Of a stretch of DNA of 64,000 nt, positions 30,106 to 44,590 are shown in pieces. This DNA comes from Octopus vulgaris. Its lineage: Eukaryota. How positions within the stretch are numbered: position 1 is the first letter of the stretch; the number at the start of each line of letters is the position of its first letter. Made by a program: the position numbers and the translations under genes. A model generated the notes under the pieces. It saw nothing but the letters and a program-made list of their open reading frames with translations. It had not been told where the DNA came from and searched no databases. The stretch lies in assembly GCA_951406725.2 (NCBI GenBank), contig OX597815.1:3410001-3474000 (forward strand), written 5' to 3'.

Positions 30106-30667
30106 AACATTTTACATGACTGTTATTGTAGAGCCAGTGAAGTTCGACTGGTTGTAATGGGATCTTCATGGAGCCAACATTTTAGCGTTTCAATTACCAT
30201 CATGGTTTCCTGTTGAAACCTTTATCAAGATTTGTGAGGGCGCTACGTGAATTTGTAGCTCCCTGAATTTCTTTCAAGGAAAGTTCTGATTACTATTTCT
30301 GGTAAGCTGGATAGCTTTGTAGACTCCTTGGTGCAGATTCCTGGTATATCTAAGAATGGTCATTTTTGCAATGGTAGTTCCAGGAATGGTGGTTCCTGGC
30401 ATGGTGTCTCTATTTTTCCTGCAGTTTTATTGAAAATAAATAGTCATTACAAACAAGAAGGGATAAAAAAAGAGATAAATACCTGCAACAAATGAGAACC
30501 CAATTCCTTCTCTAAGGCGGTTTTAGGTGTTGACCTGTGACCCCACGCATCTCCAAGACCTAACAAGAAGACAAAACAAAGTAGAAATAGAAAAACCAAA
30601 GCAAGTACAAAAAATAAATAAATAAATAATTTCAATCGATTTAATATGTAAATGAGGACGACAGATT

Positions 30668-31085
30668 AATCTCTTTACTACCCACAAGGGGCTAAACATA
30701 GAAGGAACAAACAAGAAGAGACAAAGGGATTAAGTCGATTACATCGACCCCAGTACGTAACTGGTACTTATTTAATCGACCTTGAAAGGATGAATGGCAA
30801 AGTCGACCTCGGCGAAATTTGAACTCAAAACGTAAAGACTGACGAAATACCTATTTCTTTACTACCCACAAGGAGCTAAACACAGAGAGGACAAACAAGG
30901 ACAGACAAACGGATTAAGTCGATTTCATCGATCCCAGTGCGTAACTGGTACTTAAACTATCAATCCCGAAAGGATGAAAGGTAAAGTCGACTTCGGCGGA
31001 ATTTGAACTCAGAACGTTAGCGGCAGACGAAATTCGACTACGCATTTCGCCCGGCGTGCTAACGTTTCTGCCAGCTCGCCGCCCG
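30668..31085 (-). mobile_element. SINE family A, tandem dimer with a 16-bp target-site duplication
   Basis: A full unit plus a head-truncated unit are flanked by identical atgaggacgacagatt at 30652-30667 and 31086-31101. Confidence 0.9.
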
Positions 31086-31391
31086 ATGAGGACGACAGAT
31101 TGACGGAACTGGTGGAGCGGCGAACAAAATGAAATAATAACTTGTGATATTTATTTTGGGTACTTTACATTGAATCGATACTGAGTTTTTATTCTTCTGG
31201 GGACAATAAACTAAAATATCTGTCAGAACCTGACAACGATTGTTTTTACCCCCACCCCCTAACTTCCTTGGAGTTTTGTGCTTTTGTACTGACCTTAGAA
31301 ATCAATATGTAAATGAATGTCCGGATTTTATGTGACTAGGAAGAATAGACCGGACTTGGAGGATTTAGTTATGTACCCTTCCATTTTGCGT

Positions 31392-31750
31392 TTATTCTTT
31401 AATCCTTTAACTTGTTTCAGTCATTTGACTGCGGCCATGCTGGAGCAACGCCTTTAGTCGAACAAATCGACCCGAGGACATATTTTTTTATAAACCTAGT
31501 ACTTGTTCTAGCGGCGGTCTCTTTTGCCGAACCGCTAAGTTATGAGGCCGTAAGCACCAAACCATCATCGGTTGTCAAGCGACGGTGGGGGACAAACACA
31601 GACACACGAACACACACACGCACACATATATACGACAGGCTTCTTTCAGTCTCTGTCTATCAAAACTACTCACAAGGTTATAGTAGAAGACACTTGCCCA
31701 ATGTGTCACGCAGTGGGACTGAACTCAGAACCATGTGGTTGGGAAGCAAG
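31392..31750 (-). mobile_element. SINE family B copy
   Basis: Runs from cttgtttcagtcatttgactgcggccatgctggagca to agacacttgccca and accatgtggttgggaagcaagct. Confidence 0.85.
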
Positions 31751-32912
31751 CTAGGTTAACTCTACCTTTCGTTTGTCTTCTTTCGATAAAAATCGGTGTC
31801 ACCACTAGTATATTCCCCCCTACTGACAATCAACTATATAACTCCTCCCAAACCCCTGGGGTCGTTTTGAGTCGGTTTCACCGCCGTCAGTCCTCATACT
31901 GGGCACATAATGTCAAAGGTATTCCACCCACTGTCTCTTCAAGCACTCCTTTTAGGGGTACCCAAGACTAAATTATTTAAACTCTCCTATCCTTTTGAAG
32001 GGGATTACGTGTGATTTGTTTCATACTAAGCTATTATTACTGCTATTTCTAGCAGTTGAAGAGATCACTTAATTACTTTCCTTTGTGGACAAATATTTTC
32101 GATTATTTTCGATTATTGAAATTTGGATCAAATCGTTCTGATTTCAAATATTACTGGAGGCAACTGCGCCTTTTATAATTCATATGAGTAAAACACGAAA
32201 AAAATGTACCAGTAATTATACTCGGTTGATCCGTCGAATTTTATGACTGTTGTTTCCGGATCATTGGTGTATAATAAATAAAATAGAATTGAATTGAATT
32301 CAAATAAAACTGATGTAGTACGACATCAGACACATAAATACCCAACGGCATTTATTACAAGAGTGATATCTCAGCATCACAATATCGACCAGATCAACAG
32401 ATGTCGCTCTGCAATGCGCTGCCACTTCTCACCCAAATTCCTTAACTAAATCGTCTCCCTATCGTCGTGATGACTGATATAAATCCTTTCCAGATTGACT
32501 CTGCCGCTCGCCACCCCTCATCATCATCCCCAAAATAGATCAAATAAATATCAGGCAACCATCAGGTTCAATAAAACCGACCAAACTTCCGATGCCAAGG
32601 CCACAGCTCCGCCCGAGCCGTTCACACCATCGCGTAATTTCTCTCTGTCGCGCATCCACATTCTCATTTTTCTTTTCCTTTTTTTCCCCTTTCACCCTCC
32701 GCCTTTTCTCTTCTACCCCTTAAATTTTGATCGTCTTCGCCCCTGTCTCCTCCCATCCTTTCATGCATAGAACTCCCCTCTTTACACCCATCCCCTTCTT
32801 ACCTATTTCACTTTTTATGAATCTTTAACAACAGCCCCGTGCAATACCCCGCGTTATCTCATATCCTAACCCCCTGTCTACTCAATCTATTAATACATAG
32901 GTATATACATGC

Positions 32913-32943
<31 letters not shown>

Positions 32944-32961
32944 AATCTATCTATCTATCTC

Positions 32962-33067
<106 letters not shown>

Positions 33068-33131
33068 AATCTATCTATCTATCTATCTATATCTCTCTCT
33101 CTCTCTCCCTATATATATATATAGATATATG

Positions 33132-33179
<48 letters not shown>

Positions 33180-33390
33180 TACCTAAACAAAACCCAAATA
33201 AATAAATATGTAAATAAATGAACAAATAACGTAACGAATCCCCCTATCGGTGGTTTATAGAATTAATCAATCGTTAAATTCAATCTACGTGTTTCGGGAA
33301 AGTTCTGGAAACGGGAGAATCGTTGTTTTAGGGTCACAAAAATTTTACCACCGTCTCTCACACGCACCATTAAACAAACCTAGACACTTA

Positions 33391-33430
<40 letters not shown>

Positions 33431-33449
33431 ACAATAATGATAGTAATAA

Positions 33450-33568
33450 CCTTTTCTACTATAGGTACAACGCCTGGATTTTGTGGGGAGGGGCACAGTC
33501 GATCACATCAGCCCCAGACCTCAACTCGTACTTAATTTATCGATCCCTAAAGGATGAACGGCAAAGTC
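33450..33568 (-). mobile_element. SINE family A, 3' fragment
   Basis: tttatcgatccctaaaggatgaacggcaaagtc matches the family A central block. Confidence 0.65.
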
Positions 33569-33794
33569 CGCACACCCACGTACTTGCGCCTATAAGTATA
33601 CACTCATCCACCCTCACTTGAAACACACACATTCCCACCCACACCATTCACCAAAAAAATATATATACACTCCCACACACACACGCGCACACCAAAAATG
33701 TTCATACACATGTGCATGTGCGTATACTTACATACATACATACATACTTACTTAATATGTACTTACATTCATACATATATTCATATATACAAAA

Positions 33795-33902
33795 TATCCT
33801 GTTGTTGATGTTGAAATTCCAATGAAGGCGCCTTGGATCTGGGTTAGAAACCGGTTCTTTCTCTATTGGCAAGAAATCTTGAAATAACACTGAACAATGA
33901 CA
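33795..33902 (+). mobile_element. 3' tail only of the same R4/Dong-like family
   Basis: tgttgttgatgttgaaattccaatgaagg..ccttggatct..ttagaaaccggttctttctctattggcaagaaatcttgaaat matches 17190-17288 and the reverse complement of 13797-13900. Confidence 0.7.
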
Positions 33903-33959
33903 TACATACATACATATGTATGTATGTATGAGTGTATGTTTGTTTACAAATACAAACAT

Positions 33960-34368
33960 AGGTGCAGGAGTGGCTGTGTGGTAAGTAGCCTGCTTACCAA
34001 CCACATGGTTCCGGGTTCAGTCTCACTGTGTGGCATCTTGGGCAAGTGTCTTCTGCTATAGCCCCGGGCCGACCAATGCCTTGTGAGTGGATTTGGTAGA
34101 CGGAAACAGAAAGAAGCCTGTCGTATATATGTATATATATATATGTATGTGTGTGTTTGTGTGTCTGTGTTTGTCCCCCTAGCATTGCTTGACAACCGAT
34201 GCTGGTGTGTTTACGTCCCCGTCACCTAGCGGTTCGGCAAAAAGAGACCGATAGAATAAGTACTGGGCTTACAAAAAGAATAAGTCCCGGGGTCGAATTG
34301 CTCGACTAAAGGCGGTGCTCCAACATGGCCGCAGTCAAATGACTGAAACAAGTAAAATAGTAAAAGAG
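33960..34368 (+). mobile_element. SINE family B, full copy
   Basis: Full head, core and tail match 17503-17890. Confidence 0.9.
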
Positions 34369-35168
34369 AGAGAGAGATACACTCACACATACACATGCAT
34401 CGATACATGCATGCATATAAACACACACATGCACTGACGCAACGAAACAGAAATGGATGGATGGATGGTTGGATGGATGGATGGATGGATGGATGGATGG
34501 ATGGTCGGACGGATGGATGGGTGAGTGTAGAGCGGACCCGCAAAAGCAACCTTATTTTCCCGAGGTTATGCTAAACATTGCTGTGACCTGTTTAGTCGAA
34601 GAAAGCACCCCAGACCGTTTTGGTGGAACTGACGGCGCCGGAGAAAAACTGATTTGGAGAGTCTTCGGAGTGGGTAGCCACAGACTACCAAGATATTGTT
34701 GTGGTTGTTGTTGTTGTCCTATTTATTAAGTTCCAATATGGTTGTCGTTACTGCTATTTAAGACAAGATAAATTTGTTGTAATTGAAAATCCCCCCGGGT
34801 GAGATGAGGGTAGGAGGGAGATTGGGACGATAAGGTCATTAGCGATGTTATCTAACCTTTGACACGGCGTATTAGAAACCACTGAGCCGAAACGGGGAGT
34901 CGTATTTAGCGTAGAAGATGGGGATGGAGAGACTTAGAGAGAATCATGCGGTGGTGTGTGTTTGTGTGTGCGGGGGTGTGTGTTTGTGTGCATGCATGTA
35001 CTTTAGTATGTGCATATATACATATATGTGTGTATGTATATAAGTATGTATGTATGTGTGTGTATATATATATATATATATATACATGCACGCGCGCGCG
35101 TGTATGTGTGTGGATAATATACATATATATATATATTTATGTGTGTGTGTGTGTGTGTGTATAAATAT

Positions 35169-35564
35169 ACTCTTTACTCTTTTACTTGTTTCAGTCATTT
35201 GACTGCGGCCATGCTGGAGCACCGCCTTTAGTCGAGCAAATCGACCCCGGGACTTATTTTTTATAAGCCCAGTACTTATTCTATCGGTCTCCTTTGCCGA
35301 ACCGCTAGGTGACGGGGACGTAAACACACCAGCATCGGTTGTCAAGCAATGCTAGGGAGACAAACACATACACACACATACATATATATATACATATATA
35401 CGACAGGCTTCTTTCAGTTTCCGTCTACCAAATCCACTCACAAGGCATTGGTCGGCCCGGGGCTATAGCAGAAGGCACTTGCCCAAGATACCACGCAGTG
35501 GGACTGAACCCGGAACCATGTGGTTGGTTAGGAAGCTACTTACCACACAGCCACTCCTGCGCCT
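35169..35564 (-). mobile_element. SINE family B, full copy
   Basis: Near-identical reverse complement of 33960-34368. Confidence 0.9.
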
Positions 35565-35822
35565 ATATATGTGTGATTTTATTTCAAATTATATATAAAA
35601 ACAGTTTAGCATTACACTGACAGACTACACAATATTTATTTGTGATAGAGTCCATGTTTATTAAGCTTTTACAGTGAAAAAGTTGATAGTGACTTCGAGA
35701 CATCAGCTGGTTGCTTGTGTTCATCAAGCTGTCTAAAGAAAGCGAACAAGCCGAAACTTCGAAATCAGTCGAATTTTCATTTGTAAAATTTTAATAGATG
35801 TTTTATATATATATGTAGGAGT

Positions 35823-36289
35823 GGCAGGAATGGCTGTGTGGTAAGTAGCTTGCTTACCAACCTGCATAGCCTCGGACCGACCAATGCCTTGTGAGTGGAT
35901 TTGGTAGACGGAAACTGAAAGAAGCCTGTCGTATATATGTATATATATATATAAAATAAATATAAGAGAGTGGTCACTATGGCTCACTCTAGCACCAGTT
36001 AATCCAAAAGGTTTCAACCACGAAAATATGTTTCCCATGAAAGTCAGTACGATTGTTAGCTCAACAATCGTACTGACTTTCATGGGAAACATGTATTTTC
36101 GTGGTTGAAACCTTTTGGATTAACTGGTGCTAGAGTGAGCCATATAGTGACCACTCTCTTATATTTATTTTGTCAAAATATTATATGTTATAAAATATTA
36201 TAATAATCCAGGTTTCTCGTAGCACTAGGCCACTTGGTGTTGAATAGATATACTATTAAATTAGTATCTAATTCTCTCACCCTTATTAA

Positions 36290-36328
<39 letters not shown>

Positions 36329-36519
36329 AATAAAAAATGGAGTTAACGCAGGTTTAAACAAGTATTTTTTCTTTCTACATATGTTTCAAATTACATAAAC
36401 ACGAAGTTTCAACCTTTATAAACAAGGAGTTACAACATCTTTACTTGTGAGATTTTTGCTGTCCTGGTAACTATTCATTCATTTATCCGTGTTAAATGTT
36501 AACAAGGTAAAATACACTC

Positions 36520-36590
<71 letters not shown>

Positions 36591-36800
36591 TGTGTGTATA
36601 TGTTTGTGTGTTTGTCCCCCCAACATCGCTTGACAACCGATGCTGGTGTGTTTACGTCCCCGTAACATTAGCGGTTCGGCAAAAGAGACCGATAGAATAA
36701 GTACTGGGCTTAGAAAGAATAAGTCCCGGGGTCGATTTGCTCGACTAAAGGCGGTGCTCAAGCATGGCCATAGTCAAATGACTGAAACAAGTAAAAAGAG
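35823..36800 (+). mobile_element. SINE family B split by nested insertions in its internal (TA)n
   Basis: The 5' half (35823-35950) and 3' half (36587-36800) are separated by about 630 bp of other repeats. Confidence 0.78.
35953..36171. repeat. Near-perfect palindrome (arms about 105 bp, loop about 5 nt)
   Basis: aaaataaatataagagagtggtcac..gtacgattgtt pairs with aacaatcgtac..gtgaccactctcttatatttatttt. Confidence 0.9.
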
Positions 36801-36889
36801 AAAAAAATATATATATACTCGTTCGCATACACAGACACACACACACACACACACACACATGTTGATATTTCCTTTAGGCATAACGATGC

Positions 36890-37128
36890 AAATACCTATT
36901 TCTTTACTACCTACAAAGGGCTAAACACAGAGAGGACAAACAAGGACAGACAAACGGATTAAGACGATTATATCGACCCTAGTGCGTAACTGGTACTTAT
37001 TTAATCGACCCCGAAAGGATGAAAGGCAAAGTCAACCTCGGCGGAATTTGAACTCAGAACGTAGCGACAGACAAAATACCGCTAAGCATTTCGTCCGGCG
37101 TGCTAACGTTTCTGCCAGCTCGCCGCCT
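36890..37128 (-). mobile_element. SINE family A, full copy
   Basis: Near-identical to 30845-31083. Confidence 0.9.
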
Positions 37129-37229
37129 TGCAATACCTTGGTGATAGCACTCAATACTTATATGCGAGAGAAGAGATCGTCAGTCGAGTACAGAGCAGAA
37201 ATTAGACATAAATGCACTTCATGTTTGAA

Positions 37230-37310
37230 GCTCTGATGAAGCATTATGAGGTGATACTCAAGCATTCAATTATGTGTGCATTGCATGTTATAGTAGAAAC
37301 GTCTGTAAGC
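37230..37310 (+). ncRNA. Type I hammerhead motif
   Basis: Reads GCU CUGAUGA [A GC AUUAUGA..UUAUAGU A] GAAA CGUCUG UA AGC. Confidence 0.62.
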
Positions 37311-37634
37311 GAATGAAGTTCACAACATAATGGTTTGCCCATTTGTCATTCTAATTTCATATATGTATATATATATTTCATATATATATGTATATATATA
37401 TATGTTGACACTGAATTGGAAACAAAGATGGATTTCGAAGGCGGCACAGAATTTAAACGAATGTGTCTGCGTCTATGGAAGCAGCGTTCTGATTCAATAT
37501 GAAACAATTGCAAAGTCGACCGGACATTTGTCTAGTTTAGTCTTTCGTAAGATGCCAAAATGTGGATGAGAGAAGAGAGGGGGGAGAGAGACACAGCTAG
37601 ATGGATAGCCAGACAGACAGACAGACAGACAGAC

Positions 37635-37759
<125 letters not shown>

Positions 37760-37760
37760 T

Positions 37761-37807
<47 letters not shown>

Positions 37808-38102
37808 AAGTGAAAGATATATCTATTCCACAAACCCAGGATTGAATGTTTCATTTCTTGAGATTTTGCGTGTGCACGCGCGCGTGTGTATATGCCTGTG
37901 TATAAATATCTAAAACCTGTGTATGTATGTAGACATAAGTATGTGTGAGTATACAGGAAAAAAAAACTCAAATACCAACGGTATGCCCCCACCAACAAGA
38001 CCACCACCACCGCCACCACCACGTCTACAGAACTCAGCGCTTTCCTCAAAAACGAAAAAACGTTTAAAACTATGAGCTAAAGAAAGTGATACACTCACAA
38101 AT

Positions 38103-38153
<51 letters not shown>

Positions 38154-38346
38154 GACACACATACATACATACATACATACATACATACATACATACATAC
38201 ATAAATAAATACATACATACATACGTATATATGCACATACATACGTATGTACACGTGTGTACAGTTGCATAATTCTATGTAAGTATATATATATACACAC
38301 ACACACATATATTCATATGCATATTTGGATATAATATATATGCGTG

Positions 38347-38437
<91 letters not shown>

Positions 38438-38811
38438 GTATGTATGTAAGTATGTATGTATATATGTATTATGTGTGTGTGTGCGTGTATGTATATATCT
38501 GTAATGGTGGATGGTTATATACACCCCATTGCCAAAGACAGTGGAAGTTAAATGTACTATTGCTGGATTCAATTTTCTGTCTACACACACACACACTCTC
38601 TCTCTCTCGCTTTCTGTCCCACTCCTGAATATAACATATATATACATATATGTATGTATGTATGTATATACACACACTCGCATGCACAAACACACATATA
38701 TGCATATATGTGTATATATACATATATACATGTATGCATGCATATATATATTTATATATATATAAATAGTCACACACACATATATATACATATAAATGTA
38801 TATGTGTGTAA

Positions 38812-38855
<44 letters not shown>

Positions 38856-38875
38856 CACAATAAATACATTGTATG

Positions 38876-38951
<76 letters not shown>

Positions 38952-39511
38952 TACAAACACACATGTACGCATGTGATGTGTGTGTATACACGTGCTGTCC
39001 AGATATAGATGTGTATTGCGATCGATCCATTTGGGTCTATTACGACAACCCTCACCACCTCCCCATCGTTGGTTCGAGACTAAGTGAGGCAGTCCCCTCG
39101 TCTGCCTGCATGCCCGCCCTCCTGTCTGCCTGTCTGTCAGTCTGGCTTTCCGTCTCGTTGCACGTATTTCTTTATTAACTACAAGGCGGCGGCGGGGGAG
39201 CGGGGTTTATTGCTGGTTACCATCGCATTCCTCGACGCAGACAAAAAGCTTTCAATGTTATCCCAAGAAACCCTTATCCTATTGCAGCCTATCAGTACCG
39301 TTGCCCTCAATGACACAAAGACCGATAAGAATTTATTATTCCGTACATATTCTAAGCGCACAGCAAGCCACACATCTTGAGTGAAGCGATGAGGCCACAC
39401 CGAGTGACGATGGCTGTGGGTCGTTCGGGACTATCGTTTTATCAATTCAACAGCATTTTCTTCTAATCTACACACACACACACACACACACGCGCGCACG
39501 CACGCATGCAC

Positions 39512-39555
<44 letters not shown>

Positions 39556-39612
39556 ATATTTTTTACTCTTTTACTCGCTTCAGCCATGCACCTGCAGTCA
39601 TGCTGGAGCACC

Positions 39613-40450
39613 TCCGTGGTCTCTCTGATTCCCTCAGCCTGGGGGTGTTTCACATCACCACTCCTGTGTGTGCCTTCGTGCCAGCTGTTGACCCATTTGG
39701 TGTATAAGGGAGTTTGATTCCGCTGCCCTCGTCTGCACCTCATGTCGGGCTGTTGGTTCATCCGGTATTGAGGAGAGGAGGATGTCCAATTCCTCTTTGA
39801 AGACATCTATTTCCACCTTATGCAGACTTCTTTATGTTTGTGGCAGGGTATTGAAGAGCCGTGGACCTTTGAATCCCAGACTATTGCAATACCAGGTCCT
39901 GAATTGAGATGGAGTGGATGGTACCTTTGGCACAATACAATGGTGCCCATTGCAAGCATTTGTATAACACTCAATGCCAAAGTTAGGTCCGCGCCCTTCT
40001 AGTATTTTCCATATGTAGATTATTGCATATCTCTCACGCCTTCACTCCAGGGAATAAAGATGTAGTTTTCTCAGCCTCTCCCTGTAACTCATCCACTGCA
40101 CTCTTTCAATCTTTTGTACTCTTGTGGAGTTGGACTGCTTCAAGCTCCGCTGTTAGTTTGGCACTATGTGGTGACCACAACTGGGAGCAATAGTCCAGGC
40201 GGCTGAGAACAAAGGCTCTTCACAGGGTTAACATACTTTCTCGTCTTCTTGTCTTGAGGGACCTCAGTCTCCATCCTGCCAGTTGTCTGCACTTTGCTGC
40301 CATCTTTTAATGTGAATATAAAATGATGCATCATTGCACCTACCGATCTCCAAGTCTTTCACTGCCGGTGACTCTAGGATTGCAGTGCCTTCGGGTCCTG
40401 TATATGAAGGGCGGTAGTGCATTCGTGAGTTGATAGTGCAACGCTTGTTG
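39613..40450 (-). mobile_element. Decayed CR1-like LINE 3' fragment
   Basis: My minus-strand translation gives RRERYAIIYIWKILEG..NFGIE and CNSLGFKGPRLFNTLP..FKEELDILLSSIPDEP..AAESNSL. These are homologous to the C-termini of the LINEs at 26165 and 54300. Several stops are present. Confidence 0.82.
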
Positions 40451-40488
40451 CATGGTGTTTATTTCGGCCCGCTTGTATATATGCATTA

Positions 40489-40557
<69 letters not shown>

Positions 40558-40684
40558 TATTATTATCATATATAATATTATCATATATATATATATATAT
40601 ATATATTATTATGCCTTCGTCTTTTATTATTAATAATATATATATATATATACTATATAATATTATCATATATATATATATATA

Positions 40685-40725
<41 letters not shown>

Positions 40726-41085
40726 TCTATGTATATTATATCAAAGTTACGTATGTGTGTGTATGTATATATGAATGTATGTATGCATGTATGTATGTAT
40801 GTATAATATATACACTCGCATTTAGCACCTGGATTAAGAATAAGTCTGAAAAAAAAGATATCATTTGCCAATGATTCCATGTAGAAATCTCGAATATTTA
40901 AATGGAATACGGCTGGATTACACTTCGCAGATGATAATTCAAGAATCTCAAGAATTCATTTCGAAAACGCCACAAGAGAATTGTTTACGCTTCTGATAAT
41001 GTTTTCTGCGAAATAATGTTCGATGACATTTTGGTTATTTACCAATCCCTCCTTAGCCAACCGAAGTATTTCTATGTATATATAC

Positions 41086-41168
<83 letters not shown>

Positions 41169-41359
41169 CATCTATCTATCTCTATATATATATATGGTGG
41201 CGGTGGATGTGTCTCCATGCAAATGTTTCTCAAAGACAGTCTTGAAACGTCAGTTATTCATTTATAATATTTTATTAAATATTATAAAAGTGCAACAGAA
41301 GTGGGTGATGGAGAAATAGATAGATAAATAGATAGATAGATAGATAGATAGGATGCTTA

Positions 41360-41390
<31 letters not shown>

Positions 41391-42063
41391 GGTAGGTAGG
41401 TAGGTAGGTAGGTAGGTAGGTAGTAGGCTTGATGATATTCTGTAAAAGTCTTGTAGTTATGTAACTTTCGGGTTTATTGGATTTATCGGGTTTTTCTTAC
41501 AAGAAATCTTTATTTTCGTTCGTAAATTGAATCGTTTTGTACCTTTCCTAAAATCTCTGCTTTCCCATTTCATATCAAAATCAGGGTTGTATTCTTTTAT
41601 AGACCAAATGTTTTTTCGTTTTTTTTTAACATGCCTGAAGAATCAATTATGTTTAATGTAGCGTTGTTTGAAATTACCCTCTGTCATACCTATGTAGCCG
41701 TTATGCTTTATCCTTCGCCTAATTTTAGTAGCGGTGACATCAGCATCATATGCCATTGCTTCAAGATTATACGTGTGTTTCATTAGATACGTGCTAGTGG
41801 CTCTGCATACGCAACGTGCCTCATACGATATAAAAATGGCTTCTGCGTTACAAGATTTTTTCTGTCAGGTGTACAGCTGTAACTAATGTTATAGTTTCTA
41901 TGGGAGAGGATCTTGCATTGGTGGTGAACCTCTGAGGAAAAGTGAGGTACAAATCACGTAATGCTATGGATATTTTGCTAGTGTGAAATGAGGAGTAATT
42001 TTAATTTTGAAACCCTTCTTTCCGAGAACCCCATCGTAATAAGGGCGCCCGTATCGTACTTTT

Positions 42064-42129
42064 CTCAGCGGGCGAAATGCCGCTAAGCAGTTTTTCCAGG
42101 GTCCTAACGATTCTGCCAGTTCGTCACCT
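42064..42129 (-). mobile_element. SINE family A, head fragment
   Basis: cgaaatgccgctaagca..ctaacgattctgccagttcgtcacct matches the family A 5' end. Confidence 0.6.
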
Positions 42130-42730
42130 GTCAGAATATTGCAGGGACGCGAGGTCCCACATTCTGTGAGGGACGATACAACTCAGGTTAGTGTAAAACT
42201 CAATCGATGGCCTCGAAATTTAGTGTCAAGTGTTTATCTATAATATCGATCACTTCACGAAGAAGAGCATCTGTTATTCCCTGTATCGATATTATTCTAA
42301 GATATTGCAGGAGAAGTGGAGGAAGTTTTGAGTGTGTGCGCCGTGAGTGGTCATTATGGTTCTGAGATAATAGGAGATACAGTGTATACTTAAAAGAAAG
42401 ATGCGAAGGTCTCGTTTGGAACAGCTCCAAGCAAGAGACTTTAAAGATTGGAAGGAATCGATTAAATCGAACCCAGGGATTGGTTGATACATAATCTATT
42501 GATCTTGACTTTCTTTGATGGCAGAACATGAACGGACGAAAATAAATAGCGAAACGAAACTAAGGGTGATGTCTGTTATACTATTGTTGTAATGATGATG
42601 AGGAGGAGGAGGAGGAAGAGGAGGAAGGGGGAAATGGAGGAGAGGGGGAAGAGGAGGAGAGGGGAGGAGGGGAGGAAGTGTATAAGTAAAAATAACGACG
42701 GGAGCAATGACGGCGGTAGTAAGAGCAAGG

Positions 42731-42800
<70 letters not shown>

Positions 42801-43656
42801 CAGTAGTTATCGTTATCATCGTTGTCGTCGTCGTCACTATCATCTTTGTCGTCAAAATCACCAACACCAGCCCCACCATCATTACCATCATCAATACCAA
42901 CAACAACACCATCACCATCATCACCATCATCCTCACCACCACTACCAACATCATCATCATCATCATCATCTTCTTCTTCTTCGTCGTCGTCAGCTACTTC
43001 GCTTCCCGATTACGCACATGCCCGGCGATGCTGTCATTCGATCTCGATGTTTCTGTTACATCGAGGAGGCATGGTGGTATTAAATGAAAACTGATAGTCC
43101 CTTAATTACACAGATGAATCGATGGAAGAGCGACGGACGACGAGCCGAGAGCGATGGATACGCAGACGGAACTTTCTGGAATATCCGCAGAAACAAAACT
43201 GATTGCGACATGGTTTGTAGACGGGGACGGCTTTTGAAAACCCATCCTTCCCACTCTGTCCTCCTTCAACACTCACTCTGTCCTATTTTTACACCCTTTT
43301 TCCCAATCTGTGCCGATATTTGTACATCGGCTTCCATTGCAAGTTATCTTTCATCTGTGTACAAAATGATTAACTTCAAACCGATAAGAGCAATCTAATA
43401 GTATAAAGATTATCCGCTTCAACGCCAGCTTTAGAATGAGAGCTAATCCACAACCTAATAAATACCATCAGAGCACATGTCGTTACGTAAATATATCAAA
43501 TAGCTTGTTAGGGGCTTATAGTCAGCCATCTTCTTTGGAAAGGTGAGCTATATACAATCACATAGAGATGTATGCAGCTGGCTTTATACATACATGTATG
43601 TATGTATGTATGTATGTATGTATGTATGTATGTATGTATGTATGTATGTATGTATA

Positions 43657-43985
43657 CCTTTTAATTGTGTCAATCATGAGACTGCAGCCATTCTGAGGCA
43701 CCAGAATCTTTAGTCGAATGTATCGATCCGAGCAATTAATTTTTTTTAAAATTCTGGTATTTATTTTAGCGGTCTCTTTTGCCGATCCGCTAAGTTTCAG
43801 TGACGTAAACACACCGACACCGGTTGTCAAACGGTGGTGGGGGATAAATAGAAACCCGAACACGCACTAGCGCACACACACGCACACACAGACAAACACA
43901 TACACAAGCACATATACACACACGCGCACACATACACATACACACACATAGGCATACATACACGACGGGTTTCTTTCAGTTTCTG
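43657..43985 (-). mobile_element. SINE family B, diverged 3' part
   Basis: ggtctcttttgccgatccgctaagtt..gacgtaaacacaccgacaccggttgtcaa matches family B. Confidence 0.75.
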
Positions 43986-44062
43986 AGCTTCTTTTAGTAG
44001 GTGTATATATACATATACATCTTTATATAAACACGTACGGCTGAACGTAGCTTACTGTATAC

Positions 44063-44122
<60 letters not shown>

Positions 44123-44254
44123 GGAGCTTCTAAGGACTGAACTCTAAGTTTCAGCTCAGAGCTGCGGCCAATTCGCTACTCTGTTATTACTGAGAGCCTC
44201 CTCTAATATGTGACACTTGGTGAAGAATGGAGTTTGGTGTAGCTACTCACACAC

Positions 44255-44294
<40 letters not shown>

Positions 44295-44338
44295 CTATGC
44301 ATATATATATATATATATAGCTGAATGCAACTTGGCGG

Positions 44339-44432
<94 letters not shown>

Positions 44433-44590
44433 CTGTTGTGTTAATCTGTTAATCCGTCATTTAGAAATGGCCTATTTCAAAAGTACTTTAGACTCATAAT
44501 GTGCCAAAAAAACCTGTAGATTGTCGCTGAATCCGCTAAGGATAGCAGCCAAATCAGCCTCAAAATCAGACACTACTTTCTTCAAAATAT

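Noticed and set aside
30120-30425. Complex stretch that might be a decayed transposase or exon
   Set aside because: The frames I tried contain stops and no recognisable motif.
41632-41690. CUGAAGA...GAAA spacing (similar weak cases at about 13610, 35733 and 60584)
   Set aside because: Stems I and III do not pair convincingly or core bases are mutated; this could be chance.
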